NCBI RefSeq assembly: GCF_009914755.1 | Contig: NC_060935.1 | DNA: 64,000 nt | Reading direction: 5' to 3' (one strand) | From: the human T2T-CHM13v2.0 reference genome, Homo sapiens | In this document: in pieces, positions 29,123 to 46,190 of the stretch | Layout: each line of letters starts with the position of its first letter | How positions within the stretch are numbered: the first letter of the stretch is position 1 | Position numbers and translations under genes: made by a program | The notes under the pieces: model-generated | Seen by the model: the letters and a program-made list of their open reading frames with translations, nothing else | Database searches by the model: none | Told to the model about the DNA's origin: nothing

Positions 29123-31033
29123 TCCTAATTCAAGAAGCTAAACATTTGCCCAGAAGAAAAGTATATGTGAATATAAACAGAGTGGTAGAAAGAAGGATAA
29201 TTGTTGGCTCAAATTTCAATGTCAGAGATAAAGAATTGGACAATGCATAAAAGAGAGAACATCAATTAAAGCACTTTGTGCTATATCTTTCCTGCATATA
29301 GTGAACATTCAATAAACAAATGCTATTCCTAATATTATACAGTGCATTTATTTTAGGTACTCCTCCAAAAGTAGAGTGTCTTGGGAAATCCTAAATCTTT
29401 CAGATAGATTTGTAACTAGCCACGAAGCTGGCTTAAGGTACTCTTTCAACCTTCCTAATAAAGCATAATTTAGTCTCTCCAGGCAGGCAGAGTGTTTTTA
29501 AGACAGATGGTTTAGATCAGTTATTTTATTATTCAAAAGTCTTCCCCTCAACAGGAATTTGCAGAAGTTTAAACGGAAGATGAGTAGTCATTCTCAGTCA
29601 GAGTCATCCCTCTCTTGAAAAATGCCTCTTCCTTTCTGTTTTGGTTACACTTTCCTTTGATGGACAAACACCTCCAGCTGTTTCAACCCTGGAAGTATCT
29701 CAAGGCTCCCTGGGAAGGCTTTATAACCCACTCTTCCTACAGAGACAAGGAGATCTGCATTCAGCCTCTGAGGAGTAGAGGGGACCCATGTTTTCCCTCT
29801 GATGTTAGGCTAATTCTTTTTAGTAAATATAAATACATCACTTTAGACCACAGACACCTCTGTGGATATCATGTACCCAATAAAAGAAAGTGCCCAGTGT
29901 TTGGGTACTAGGTACAATCTTAAAAAGAAAAAACACAGAAAATGTACATTCTAGTAGTTGGCTAAATAAATGGTGTTGGATGAACAGTAGAAAGTTCATC
30001 GATAAAATGGGAATTCTTTCCAAATTCATACCGAAAAACATTCTGTGGTGTTACCAAAACATTATTATTATTTTGACTTGATTTGATTTGATAAACAGTG
30101 GGGTTTGGGACTTTTTTTTTGAGGGTCTAGTTTCACTTATTTTTTTTAACCTTCTGGCCTTGGTTTATTCCCCGGGATCATGGTCACTTTGTAATCCAAC
30201 CAGGTGGTAATCAGCTCTCCCCACTGTCGAAGACAGTATGTTTGGAGCACTGTAATAAAGACATATCTGATGTCACAAATACCACAACAAAGTTTCCTTA
30301 AAATGTATGGCCAATTGCTACATTTCTCTTTCTATTAAATGTGGTAGCTTCCATTCTGTAGTTAAATAATTATATTTTATTCACTCATTTGATATTTAAT
30401 ATGGAAAGATTTAAAATTGAAAAATCTGCTGTCAACTATCCTCAAATCTGACAGATAGACCCCCAGTTCCTTTTATTCAGGTGGAACCTTATGTGCTGCC
30501 TCAGAAGACACCCAACAGCATGTATTAAACATGTTAGTGATATCCCTAGAGAAAAGTTCATTTTTCTTGCCAACAGTAATTCTACTAGGAGTACTTTTCT
30601 AGCTTAGGTAAAAATAGCTAAAATAGTCATCATACTTCCTGTTGAGCTTTTATATACATGCCATTTATATAAACGGAAAGAACTCGGGGGAGAGCTTTAA
30701 ATGTTATCAAATTCATGAGGTGCAACTGTACTGAAGTACAGTTTACAACAGAAATTATAAATAAATAAAGAAGAGTAGAATTTTTCCCACATCAAAAAGA
30801 CTGATAATTACAGATGCTTCTTCTCATTGACAAAGCAGCCTTTACTAGAAGAGGCCAACTTTCATTGGCACAACAAAACATACAAATCCCAGCTCGTCAC
30901 CCCATTGTGACCTAGACCACAAGCACAGAAGTATTACTTTTAGGGGAAGTAGCTCTGTTGAAATAAAGTACTTTGAGTTACAATAGCTAAGGAGAGTAAA
31001 GATAAAAGTAAAAAGTCTAAGATGTGGTCACTC

Positions 31034-32949
31034 TACAGAAAAAGGCTTTGATAAAATACAACATCCCTTCATGATGAAAACCCTCAACAAATGAGGCATC
31101 AAAGAAACTCACTTCAAAATAATAAGAGCCATCTAAAACAGACCCACAGCCAACATCATACTGAATAGGCAAAAGCTGGACAACACAGGGATGCCCACTC
31201 TCACTATTCTCCTACATAGTCCTGGAAGTCCTAGCCAAAGCAATCAGGCAAGAGAAAGAAATAAAAGCATCAAAATAGGAAAATAAGTCAAACTATCTCT
31301 CTTCACTGACGATATGATTCTATACCTAAAAAACCCTAAAGACTCTGCAAAAAGGCTCCTGGAACTGATAAACAACTTCAGTAAAGTTTCAGGATATAAA
31401 ATCAATGAACAAAAATCAGTAGCATTTCTGTACACCAATAACGTTACAAACCATGAATACAATTCCACTTACAATAGCCAAACACACAAAATAAAATACC
31501 TAGGAATACATCTAACCAAGGAGGCTAAAGACCTCTACAAGGAGAACTACAAAACACTGCTGAAAGAAACCAGAGACAACACAAATAAATGGAAAAATCA
31601 ATGGATCAGATTCCAATCAATGGATTGGAAGAATCAATGTAGTTAAAACGGCCATACTCCCCAAAGTAATTTATAGATTCAACACTATTCCTATCAAACT
31701 ACCAACATCACTTTTCAGAGAAGCAGAAAAAAACTATCATAAAATTCATATGGAATCAAAAAAGAGCCCAAATAGACAAAGCAATCCTAAGCAAAAAGAA
31801 CAAAGCCAGAGGCATCACATTACCCTACTTCAAAGTATACTACAAGGCTACAGTAACAAAACAGCATGGTACTGGTACAAAAGGCTTAATTAAGATACAA
31901 AGATCAATGAAATAGAATAGAGAACCCAGAAATAAGACCACACTCCTACAACCACCTGATCTTTGACAAACCTGAGAAAAACAGGCAATAGAGAGAAGTC
32001 TTCCTACTCAATAAATGATGCTGGGATAACTGGCTATGCATATGCAGAGGAATGAAATTGGACCCCTACTTATCACCATATATAAAAGTTAACTCTAGAT
32101 GGATTAAAGACTTAAATGTAAGACCTCAAACTATAAAGAATGTAGAAGAAAACCTAGGAAATACTCTTCTCAGTATCAGCCTTGGCAAATAATTTATAGC
32201 TCTGTCCCCAAAAGCAATTGCAACAAAAAACAAAAATGGGTCATTAAACTAAAGAGCTTCTGCACAGCAAGATAAACTATCAAGGAAATAAATGGACAAC
32301 CTACATATTGAGAGAAAATATTCAAAACTATGCATCTGACAAAGGTCTAATAATCTAGAATCTATAGGGAACTTAAACAAATCAACAAGCAAAAAAGAAA
32401 TAACCTTATTAAAAAGTGAGCAAATTACATGAACAGATACTTGTAAAAAGAAGGCATACAAGCATCCAAAAAACAGGAAAAAAATGTTCATCACTAATAA
32501 TCAGAGAAAATGCACATCAAAACCACAATGAGATACTATCTCACACTAGTCAGAATGGCTTTTGTTAAAAAGTCAGAAAAATAACCGATGTTGCCAAAGG
32601 TTGTGGAGAAAAGGGAACACATACACTCTTGGTGGGAATGTAAATTAGTCCAGCCACTGTCGAGAGCAGTCTGGAGATTTCTCAAAGAACTAATAGTTCC
32701 CAGCACTTTGGGAGGCCGAGTCAGGCGGATCACAAGGTCAGGAGATGAGACCATCCTGGCTAACACGGTGAAACCCCGTCTCTACTAAAAATACAAAAAA
32801 TTAGCTGGGCGTGGTGGCAGGCGCCTGCAGTCCCAGCTACTCAGGAGGCTGAGGCAGGAGAATGGCATGAACCCCCAAGGCGGAGCTTTCAGTGAGCCGA
32901 GATGGCGCCACTGCATTCCAGCCTGGGCGGCAGTGCGAGACCCCGTCCC

Positions 32950-32981
<32 letters not shown>

Positions 32982-33428
32982 AAGAGTTGAACTGCCACGT
33001 GACCCAGTCATCCCATTATTAGGTATATACCCAGAGGAAAATAAATCATTCTACCAAAAGAACATGCACTTGTATGTTCATCACGGCATTCTTCACAAGA
33101 ACAAAAACACGGAATCAACCCAGGTGTCCATCAGTGGTGAATTGGATTAAAAACTGTAGTACATATACACCATGGAACACTATGCAGCCATAAAGAAGAA
33201 CAAAACTGTGTCTTTTGCAGCAACATGGGGGTAGTTGGAGACCATTATCCTAAGCAACAGGCTGAAAAATTACCTATTGGGTACTGTGCTTAATGCCAGG
33301 GTGATGGGTTGTCATACTCCAAACCTCAGCATTATGCAATATACCTCTGTAACAATGTATCCCCTGATTCTAAAATAAAAGTTAAATAAATAAATGCAAA
33401 TTTAAAATAAAATAAAATATTTTAGAAA
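31034..33428 (+). mobile_element. 5'-truncated primate L1 (L1PA15/16-L1PB age class)
   Basis: ORF 31314..31646 '[31 protein letters not shown]' is L1 RT, preceded by FTDD. A-rich tail. TSD AA(G/T)ATGTGGTCACTC at 31019-31033 / 33429-33443. Confidence 0.95.
32698..32976 (+). mobile_element. AluY, slightly 5'-truncated, inside the L1
   Basis: 'ccatcctggctaacacggtgaaaccccg', 'gagaatggc', 'ggagctt'. TSD AAAGAACTAA(T/G)AGTT. Confidence 0.95.
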
Positions 33429-33899
33429 AATATGTGGTCACTCAAAGATTACTCTCCTCAACACAGAAAACATTTCTATATTGGGGATGCTTCACTTTGA
33501 TACATTCTATAATGTTACCATAGTGTCTTTTTTTCTTTGTTTTTCCAAGAAGTGCTTAGAACATCAAGTTGTGACTTTATTTATTAATTTATTTATTGCT
33601 TTACTATTTTCATAGGGCTTACTATTCAAAATTCAGGGGATATGAAAATGCATCATTTAGAAATCAAAAATACCTCATAATCTTTTCTGCCTCCCAGTCC
33701 TAAAATGTTTTTAATGTGCTAGGGATTTTCTTGTAGTATATAATAAGATAACAAAGGTGACTCGCACATTTCCTAAACACTGACTTCCTTTACTGCCTAC
33801 TTCATCTGTCAACCTCTAGGGGAAAAAAGAGGCAGGACCAAATGATCAGACCTCAAAACAATGAGGTCCTAAAGGAATCAGAAGCCTTAAGGTTTGAGA

Positions 33900-34116
33900 A
33901 ACTCTGTGTGATTCCAACGTACAGTCAAGTTTGAGACACAGTGTTCTAAATCAGTGCTTCTCAAATTTTAAGAAGCAAACAAGTCACTTGAAGATTTTGT
34001 TTAAGTGCAGATTCTGATTCAGTAGGTCTGGGGTGAGCCTGAGATTCTGCATTTCTAGTAAGCCCCCAGGTGAAGCAGTTACTGCCATGCGCCTAACACA
34101 CTCTAGGTAGCAAGGT
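33900..34116. mobile_element. MER5A end plus MER5-type element
   Basis: 'cagtgcttctcaaatttt...tgcagattctgattcagtaggtctgggg...cctgagattctgcatttcta...tagcaagg'. Confidence 0.85.
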
Positions 34117-35559
34117 CTCAGAAATCAGCCAGCCCAGTGGTTGGCAAGCTGTGTTCTCAGAACTCCAGGATTTGGTGAGAAGTGTTAGATGCTCTGTCAG
34201 TCCTCAATTTAAATTTGCTAGCAATGAGGCTTCTCTGAGCCTCCATCCATCACTCATTCTCCAATTCCACCTCCCCCAATTTAAATTTGTCTGTTTATTA
34301 AAACAGAATTATTTTCAGTGACTGACTTTACAATATGTAAATGTTAAAAATGTGAACAGAAAAACAGAACTGTTTTACATATAAGATCTTGTTCGATAAG
34401 AATGTACATTGCTAAAAAACACTTCTGTATTTCTCTCCATTTCATGAATGGGGAAATTGAGGCCCAAGGAAGATAATTGACTTTATGGAAGTCATGTCAC
34501 ACTTACTTATAGACTTAAACAATTCCCACTTACAACTTGCAGTTTTCTTTTATAATTTAAGAAGAGCCAAGCTGACTGAGGTCAAAGTCATGAAAATGCA
34601 ATTTAGGTTGCAGATCTTCTCATTTATATGCCTCTCTTTGAATTAAGGAAGGAATAAGACTTAGAAATGCCCCATAACTCCTGGATATGCTGGGCATAGT
34701 CACACTGATTTGGAGGCTGGTTCTGACCAGGCAGGTCTATGTTGAAAAAGAAAAGAAAACCATTTTTAGAATCTGCAAGAAGAAGAGAAGAAAATACATT
34801 GTGATTTGAAGAGAAAATCTTGAGCTCTGGCGGAATTGAAGTCAGAAAGCAAAAAAAAAAAAAAAAAAAAAAAAGAAGAAGAAGAAAAGACTAAGACAGA
34901 GAGAAAGAACTAGAGGGCTAGAGGGCAACACAGGGAGAACCAAGAAGGCTCTGGTTGCTGTATGGGCACCAAGGTAATAGCCCTAATTGAACAGAAACTC
35001 TCTGACCAGGAAGAAATTCCAGGAAGCAGGGGGTGTGAATGCTCAGAGGGCAGTTGAAACCACAGATTTTATTTGGAACCAGAGATAAATTTAAGGGAAA
35101 GACTTTAATTCCTTGGAGATGAAAATGGGAAACAAAATAGCCCTGGTTTTCATACTGGTGAACATAATAAAGGTGAATCAGATGTAAAATCGCACACACG
35201 GTTAGAGATGTGAGTGCTGTATTCACTGGTGTCAATTTTGCCAAATTATGCTTTGTACCTTTATATTCTTTTATCCTGGTATCTTCATAGAGTTTGTTTT
35301 TGCATTCTAAGTGGCTGAGTGTGAGTGACCTACCGCAAGAAGACCCCTGTGGCACACAGCCAGGGACATGAAAAGCAAAGGCACAGACCAAGGGGCAGAA
35401 TTCTGGGAGATTTTCCCATTACTTAGGGTGACGGCAAAAAGAATCAGGTGGGATTCTTTGGCATCAGATGGGAGAGATCCCAAAATCCCACCTTTCAGGA
35501 TTCCCAAAGAAACTATTTGGAAGCTCCTCAAAGATGTTGGTGATTGTTACAATGCCTAA

Positions 35560-38344
<2,785 letters not shown>

Positions 38345-38377
38345 TTTGTTTGTTTACATTTATATTTATTCTGTACA

Positions 38378-38850
38378 CATAATTCAAGGCCTCAGCAGGA
38401 AATACATGGCACACTCAAACAGAATACTTGAGGAGAGTTTAATGAAGGGACAATTCACAAAGAAGAGTGTGGGATTGAGGTGACTCAGGGATGGTGAAGC
38501 ACCCAGCAGCTGGCAAACGGCAGGGAGCTGCCACCACCCCTGGGCCTGAGAAGGCAAGAACAACAAGCATTTATAGAAATCCAGTAAGATCTACAGCTGA
38601 AGAAAAGGGCTGCCCAGTGACCCCTGCTGCCAACCCACAGCCCAACAAAAAGGGTGCCTGGGAAATAAATACCCTGATCAGTTCCCTCCAGCCCTCTTAT
38701 CTCTTGCTGGTACCTCCCATTAGCTTAACTAAAGCAGACACCAAAGGGCAAGGGAGCCTGGTGGGTTCAGTCCCTAGATGCCAGCATCCTGAGACCCAGA
38801 GCAAGGGAGAGAATGAACCTGGAGGGGGAGAAGAAGAACAGACAACACTG
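38378..38850 (-). mobile_element. LTR33-like ERVL LTR
   Basis: 'agcaggaaatacatggcacactcaaac...ttgaggagagtttaatgaagggac..ttcacaaag' matches the recalled LTR33 antisense. Confidence 0.75.
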
Positions 38851-39271
38851 GGAGACCTTCCCATGATCTCCTGACATCCTACATTCAAGGTGGGCTCTTT
38901 ACTCTTCCTGCACACACCATCTCCCTGCTTGTCTCCATGCTGTTTTCCCTTCTTGGAGGACACTGAGTGAGGCCACCTCCTTTGCATGCCTAAATCCTAC
39001 TCAACCTGAGAAGCTCTGGCTACAGAGGTGATTTGCACAAGAAACCTCCCATCTCAAGTACAGCAGTTTTCTCCACTCAAATGGACAGTAAGCTCTTTAG
39101 AGGGAGGAGTCGTGATTGTCTCTAACAAAAAGAAGACCATCTGTTTCCGGCAGCCTGCTCAGCAGAAACCACCAGGGCTTAGACTCTGCATCCTAACAGC
39201 TTTCCATATGACCAGGGAGACCAGTGGCATGCCAATGAGAACACTGAGCTGTGCATTCCATTTTTATCCTG

Positions 39272-39314
39272 CCTGCCTGTCCTGTATACCCTGCCTGTCC
39301 TGTATACCCTGCCT
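39272..39314. repeat. 18-bp tandem repeat, about 2.4 copies
   Basis: CCTGCCTGTCCTGTATAC x2 + CCTGCCT. Confidence 0.95.
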
Positions 39315-39793
39315 CTCCTAGCTATGTGATCCTTGACCATCCATGGTACAAATCCAGCCAGCATCAGGGTTTGTAGTCTCTACAGTTCATCAACATGTGT
39401 AACTAGCTGTCATCATTTTAAATTCAGGAGATGCCACATAATCTGAGTGTACTGCTTATTTTTGAAAAATCTGACAACATGGGGTCTATTCTCTTGTGAC
39501 AGCAACCAGCTGGAGCTGAGCAGTGGCTGCTTTCAGATTTCACTACACACCCCATGCAGGATGTTTCACTCATTGACATCATCTGGCTTTTCCCTGGGAC
39601 CTTCAACTTTCAGATCTCTGCTTTATAAGCATCAGTGCTACAACTATCTCTTCCAAGCTTCCTGCCTTTTGACAGTCATCTCTTGATAACCCATGTCTAA
39701 TCCTTTCTGTTTAATTCTATGAAGTCCTCACTCGATTATAAATAATTCATCTCTCCTTCAGCCTGATCACACAATGTTGCTTCTATTCCTTTC

Positions 39794-40243
39794 TGCTGTA
39801 GGTTGAATTGTGTCCCCCAAAAAGATATTTTGACATCCTCACCCCAGTCTATTTGAATGTAACTGAATTTTGAAATAGGGCCTTTGCAGATGTAATCAAG
39901 TTGAGATGAGGTCATTCTTAACTAGGATGGCCTTAAATCCAATGGCTAGTGTCCTTTCAAGGAGAGAGAGATTTGAAGACACAGAGGGGACACAGGGAAG
40001 AGAATGGAGGCAGAGACTGGAGCAATATAGCTACAAGTCAAGGAATGCAAGGATTGCCGACATCACCAGAAGCCAGGACATGAAAAGGAAGGGTTCTTCC
40101 CTAGAGCCTTCAGAGCAAACATGGCTCTGCCAACACTTAATCTCAAACTTTCAGTTTCCAGAACTGGGAAAGAATACATTTCTCTTGTTTTAAGCCACTG
40201 AGTTTGTGGTACTTTGTTATAGCAGCCCTAAGAAACTAATACA
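39794..40243 (+). mobile_element. MLT1C-like solo LTR
   Basis: 'ggttgaattgtgtcccccaaaaagatat...ctttgcagatgtaatcaagtt...ttgttatagcagccctaagaaactaataca'. Confidence 0.9.
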
Positions 40244-40548
40244 CCTTCCTGGAAGTGAAACTGGGATTTTCCCAGAGAAAATCCCAAGAGAAGGATGCTC
40301 AAGGATTAACCTTCTCATGCGGCCAGACTGCCTCTTATCCATGCAGCAGTTTGCCTCATTCAAAAGCTCTTTTTTCTTCCTTTGAGGCCTGTGGCATTCA
40401 GTGGTTCTCACCACTGCTCCATCATTACCTCCTGGCGTCATAGAGGATTTGGGTCTCTTTTTTTTTTCCATTCCAATTTTTGCCATTGCCTGTCTTCAAC
40501 ATGTGAATAATTGGGTCAGCTAACACTTGACTCCTGGGGTGCTGGGTA

Positions 40549-41297
40549 CTTCCTTCTCTTCCTGCAAGGGAGAGACACAATATTTCCTCCTCTGAGCTGC
40601 AGAGGGAAAGATGGGCACATTAATACACAAACATAAGGAGTTAGTAGTGCAGGAGACAGGGTTGTTGGAGGGAAAGAGGAGTGTGGTGGTCTGGTGGGCT
40701 TTGGCAGGATGGTGAGGTTTATACACTTGCTGGGGGAGCAGCCAAAAAGAAGTGACTCAGAAGAAATGACCATACCTGGAGATGGCCCCTGTGTCTGCAA
40801 ACTTTAAAGCCCCATGCCTTAATTGTAATCACCTACTTCCACCATCATCTTCTTCCAACCAAGCCTGTCCATCTTCATTGAGACCACTCAGTCAGAGAAA
40901 CTTTTAACCCTGAGTTCTTGATCCCCTAGTTGGAGTTCAGCAGGTTTATGAATATCCCAAAATTATATGCAGATTTTTCCCAGGATGCAGTCCACTGCTA
41001 GATAAAAAACTACTTAATTCATGCAAATTAGAGCCACCATGACTGTGCGGGTGACCCACAGTGTCACCCAGCAGTCTTCTAATTCCTTCTGAGTGCATTC
41101 TCTTTGGCCTCTCCCCCAGCAAGTACACAAGCCTCACCACCACAGCAGAACACCTCTCTCCTCTTTTTCTCCAACAACCCTGTCTCTTGCACCATTACAT
41201 CTTTAAATGTGTGCATTACTATGTCCATCTTTCCCTCTTCAGTTTGTGTCTCAGAGGAAGAAATGGCATGGCTCTCTTCTGCAAGAAGAGAAGGAAG
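40549..41297. repeat. Diverged inverted repeat: arms ~40549-40768 and ~41080-41297
   Basis: Blocks shared on opposite strands: CTCCCCCAGCAAGT, CTCCAACAACCCTGTCTC, CCATCTTTCCCTCT, GAAGAGAAGGAAG. Confidence 0.92.
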
Positions 41298-41350
41298 ACC
41301 TTTGGTGCTAGTGGTCATCTCCTAGACAGCCTGCTCACAGGGTCAACTGT

Positions 41351-42047
41351 TGTGGTTGCCCCACAGAAGACGCTTCTACCCAAAATTTGGTTTAAATATT
41401 GAGAATGAGGCTGACACGCATGCACCAAGAGTATGAAAAGATTGATTACTCACATAATGAGGCTTTCTGGGCAGAGCAGGTCCGGCTTCCAATGTCTGAA
41501 ACTGGCTTGAGAGGGCAGAGAAAGGAGATAGGCTTGGCTTCTATTGTGATTAGGGGCTGAGCGTGGGGTGAGGGCTCTCCTGAACTGGCTGGGGCTTATG
41601 TAGTTTTAACTTCCCATCAGCACCAAAGAAGGCAGCACCCACACTTTCTAACCAGCTTGCCCAGATGTGGAGCAGAATGGGATGAAAGGGTGATCAGGCT
41701 TAAAAGCTGTCAGCAGGCCAGGTGCAGGGGTTCATGCCTACAATCCCAGCATTTTGGGAGGCCAAGGCAGGAGGATCACTCGAGCCCTGGAGTTCGAGAT
41801 CAGCCTAGGAAACATGGCGAGGCCTTGTCTCTACAATTTTTTTTTAAATTAACCAGGTGTGGTGGCACATACCTATAGTCCCAGCTACTCTGGGGACTGA
41901 AGTAGGAGAATCACTTGAGCTTGAGGAGTCAAGGCTGCAGTGAGCTGTGATTGTGCCACTGTACTCCAGGCTGGGCGACAGAGTGTGGCCCTGTCCAAAA
42001 AAAAAAAAACTATCAACAATCACAATGGAGTTAGACTCCTTATTATA
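41351..42047 (-). mobile_element. ERVL LTR (MER76-like) split by an AluJ
   Basis: 'ggcttaaaagctgtcagca[Alu]...aatggagttagactccttattata' and 'ctacccaaaatttggtt' match the recalled MER76 antisense. Confidence 0.65.
41717..42009 (+). mobile_element. AluJ
   Basis: 'ggaggatcactcgagccc', 'gtcaaggctgcagtgagctgtgat', and an A tail. Confidence 0.93.
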
Positions 42048-42079
42048 CTCTCCAAGAAGAGCTGGATCAGAATTTTGGA

Positions 42080-42750
42080 AATACAGGTCTGTTACTTACT
42101 CACTGAGTGATCCTAAGAAGACATTTAACTATTCTGAGCCTAATTTCCACACCAATTACATGAGGCTAATAGCACCTTACCACCGTATATTTATTCATAA
42201 GAATTAAATAAAAAAACGTATCCTCAGTGCCTGGCACATGGCAGATACTCAGTAATGTTGGAGCTTTCTCCCTTCTGCTCTCCAAGGCTAGCCCTGTACC
42301 ATGTGCCCTGGATCCCCTTCCTTCGTGCCTCCTCTAACACCTCACTTATCATCTCTTTCTCTCTTGTGTCTTCCATTTCTTCCACTTCACTGCCTTCTTC
42401 TCTAACTATGGGACACATGTAGAGTGCCCCTATGTCCAGCAGGCACCTTCAACAACACATTTCAAACACAGGCCACAAGCTGCCCTTCATGTTCCCATAC
42501 TGCCAACTACAAATCTTGTTGGTGCTCCAGAAATATTAGAGTTATCCTGAATAACTCCCTTCCATACTCTGAACATCTCATTGGTCACCTAATTTTATTA
42601 ATTGCAGCTCAGAAATTTCTTCCAACACTTTTATCACTAACTCTATTACCATTTCCTTGCCATTATCTCTGAGACTTTTCACTAGTCATTGTCACAAGTT
42701 TCTCAAGACCCCAGTTTAGCTCAAACTACTCTGTTTAAAAAGCTTCATTG
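42080..42750 (+). mobile_element. MIR followed by an L2 fragment
   Basis: 'cagtgcctggcacatggcagatactcagtaa' (MIR tail), then a pyrimidine-rich L2 body 'tgtgccctggatcccc...aggcaccttcaac'. Confidence 0.6.
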
Positions 42751-42753
42751 TTG

Positions 42754-43086
<333 letters not shown>

Positions 43087-43377
43087 TTAAAAACTGCTTG
43101 CATTGTAATACAAAGTGAAAAAGTACAAAAGCCCTATAAGCAGGGGGGAAACTGAAAGAAAATAAATTAAAATGTTAATGGTGATCTTCTCTGCATGGTA
43201 AGATTATGGGTATTTTTTTTCTTTGTACTTTTGTATAGTTTCCAAATTGTCTACACTGCAAATATATTGCTTTCATAAATGTTATTTTAAATAACAAACT
43301 CCACTGGCTTCCTCATGAATGCTTTTGCAAATCCAAACTCCTGAGCCTTACACACAGGGCACTTCACAATATGCTCC

Positions 43378-43892
43378 TGTGGTAGCAGGTTTCCACAATG
43401 ACCCCCAAATGATTCTTGCCTCCTGGTATTCCTATATTGTAGGGCTGACCTGTATAACCAATAGGATATTGTAGACATGAAAGTGTGTGGCTTCCAAAGC
43501 CAAGTCATAAAAGACAAGACTTCTGCCTTACATGCCATAGGATCACTCACTTTGGGGGAAGCCAGCTGCCCTGTTATGAGGACTCCTGAGCAGCCTTCTG
43601 GAATGATCCATGAGATGAGTAGCTGAGGTCTTCTGCCAACAAAACAGCAATAAACTTGCCAGGCATGTGAGTGAGCCACCTTTGAAGCAGATCCTCCAGC
43701 CCCATTGACACCTTAAGGTGACTGCAGCCCCAGCTAGTATCTTAACTGCAACCTCATGAGAGACTCCAAACCAAAATTCCTCTGCTAAGCTGCTCCCAAA
43801 TTCCTGACCCACCAAAACTGTGAAATAATTCATTGTTCTTAAGCCACTAGGTTTTGAGGTAATTTGTTACACAGCAATATTTAACTAATACG
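43378..43892 (+). mobile_element. MLT1F-like solo LTR
   Basis: 'tgtggtagc...tgacccccaaatgattcttgcctcctggtattc...aatttgttacacagcaat..taactaatac'. Confidence 0.85.
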
Positions 43893-43899
43893 GTCCTCA

Positions 43900-44322
43900 A
43901 AATATCTTTCTAACTTCATCTCCCAAAACTCCTCTTTGTACACTCTACTCCTACCATACTGAAGTTATAACCAATTTCTAGATAATTTAAGAAATTCATG
44001 TTTTTGCATTTGTTAGTTCCACTGTTCAACCCTCCTTCTTTATCATCCTTCAAAATATAGCTCAAAACTCACCTCCCCAGTGAAGCAGAATTAATTCCTC
44101 CCTCCTCTGCACAGCACTGACCCTTTCTTCTCATCTCTGTAATAGCATTTATCCTGGTCTGCTGTAATAAATCTAGGAGCATGTTTACATCTCCCTCTAG
44201 ACTGAAAGGTATTCTAGGCCAAGGCTTTGTGTCTCCAGCACCTAACAGTGCCTGATACACAGAAGACAAAAATAAATGCCTGATGAATGAACAGACATCT
44301 GAATGACTGACTGAATGAATAA
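43900..44322 (+). mobile_element. L2 3' part
   Basis: 'atccttcaaa...gctcaaa...tctccagcacctaacagtgcctgatacacag...tgaatgaa' tail. Confidence 0.8.
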
Positions 44323-45137
44323 TTATAGTACCAAGACTATCTTAGCCAAAATAGGAAACTCTTTGCATGTTAGCTCTTACAAGACATTAAAAAATATCTG
44401 TCAGAGCAATGACCCATAAACAAAGTTAACAATCCACAACCACTAATTAATTAATCAGGTCAGAATTAATCAGTTGTGAAGTCGGATAGTAAGGAAATGC
44501 CACAAAATGAAATACTAATTAGGCAAGATCTAAATTCGGAAGAAAACACAGTAGAATCCTGCTATAACAGGGCTCATTAAAATGTAGACTTATATATAAC
44601 TTAGACTGAATTGTGTCTCTTGAAGCACTGTAACTACCAAGGAAGGGGGCTAATATGACACAATTAGGCCACATGACTGATTCTGGTAATTTCTATGCAG
44701 TTTGTAAATATTTTGCTCTGAAACCAGTGGTATGAATTGATTAGTGAAGTTGGTTAACAAAGGACACATTTATCTGGAACACTTGCTCTTTTCGAACCAA
44801 AAAAAATAAAAGAAAAAAGAAATGTTCCTCTGAAGTAGCCAGTACTTATTTTTACCAACTAAAACTGTGGCTCAACTACTTGTTTATGAAAATGTTTAAG
44901 AAGTCAAAAATTCAGTTACATATCTCTAAGACCCCACAATATTATTTTTGAAGGGTTGAGAACTTAATTAAGTAGGCCATGTCTAAGTTCACGCAGCCAC
45001 AGCTCAATCTTATCCACAAAGCAAGGTAATTTCCAACTTGGACAATCAGCATCACAGAAAAAATGTGTATAACAATAGTATTCTATGTTCTGTGTTTGCT
45101 AGCAGTCACCTGTAAAATCCCCTGAGTCTGGTGGGTT

Positions 45138-45493
45138 GTCTTAGTCCATTTAGGCTGCTGTAACAAAACGGCTTAAACTGTGTAATTAATAAACAACAGA
45201 AATTGGTTTCTGATAGTTCTAGAGGTTGGAAGGTCCAAGATCAAGGCACTGGCAGGTTCAGTGTGAGGGCTCACTCTCTGCTTCAAAGATGATGTATCTT
45301 CACATGGAGGAAGGGTTGGAGAGGCAAATAGGCTCCCTCAATGCCTTTTATAAGGGCACTAATCCCATTCATGAGAGTGGAGCCTTCATGACCTAATCAC
45401 CTCCAAAGGCCCCACCTCTTAACAACATCACCTTTGAAATTAGGTTTCAGCATATGAATTTTGGAGGGATACAAAAATTCAGACTACATCATA
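45138..45493 (-). mobile_element. MLT1A0-like solo LTR
   Basis: 'tgtcttagtccatttaggctgctgtaacaaaa...gtccaagatcaaggcactggcag...attcagactac'. Confidence 0.88.
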
Positions 45494-45551
45494 AGCTTCT
45501 GGTTTGTGTTTATTTGTCTGGAGGAGCTGATATTAAATTCTTACCTCCTGA

Positions 45552-45912
<361 letters not shown>

Positions 45913-46190
45913 TCAATTTTTCTGGTAGTTTTAGATCTATTCAGATTTTCTGTTTCTTCCTAAGTCCGTTTTTTAAATTTTATTTTTCTAGATAATAGTC
46001 TATTTCATATTTTAAACTTGTTGTCACAAAGTTGTTCATGGATGTTCTTTTTGAAAATACCCACTGCATCTATAGCTTTGTTCCCTTTTTATTCCTATTA
46101 TTATTTGCTCTGTCTTTGCCATCAGAATAAACCTTGCCAGAATTTTATCTAGTTTATTAGAGTTTTTAGAGAACAACTTCAATTTTATTG
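45913..46190 (-). mobile_element. L1M fragment
   Basis: 'tctattcagattttctgtttcttcc...cttgccagaattttatcta.tttattag..tttttagagaacaac' is antisense L1 ORF2. Confidence 0.7.

Noticed and set aside
30724-30743. Hairpin AACTGTACT-GA-AGTACAGTT
   Set aside because: A 9-bp stem is expected by chance in 64 kb.
39365-39560. Possible ancient hAT-like DNA transposon fragment
   Set aside because: Only vague similarity and no TIRs identified.
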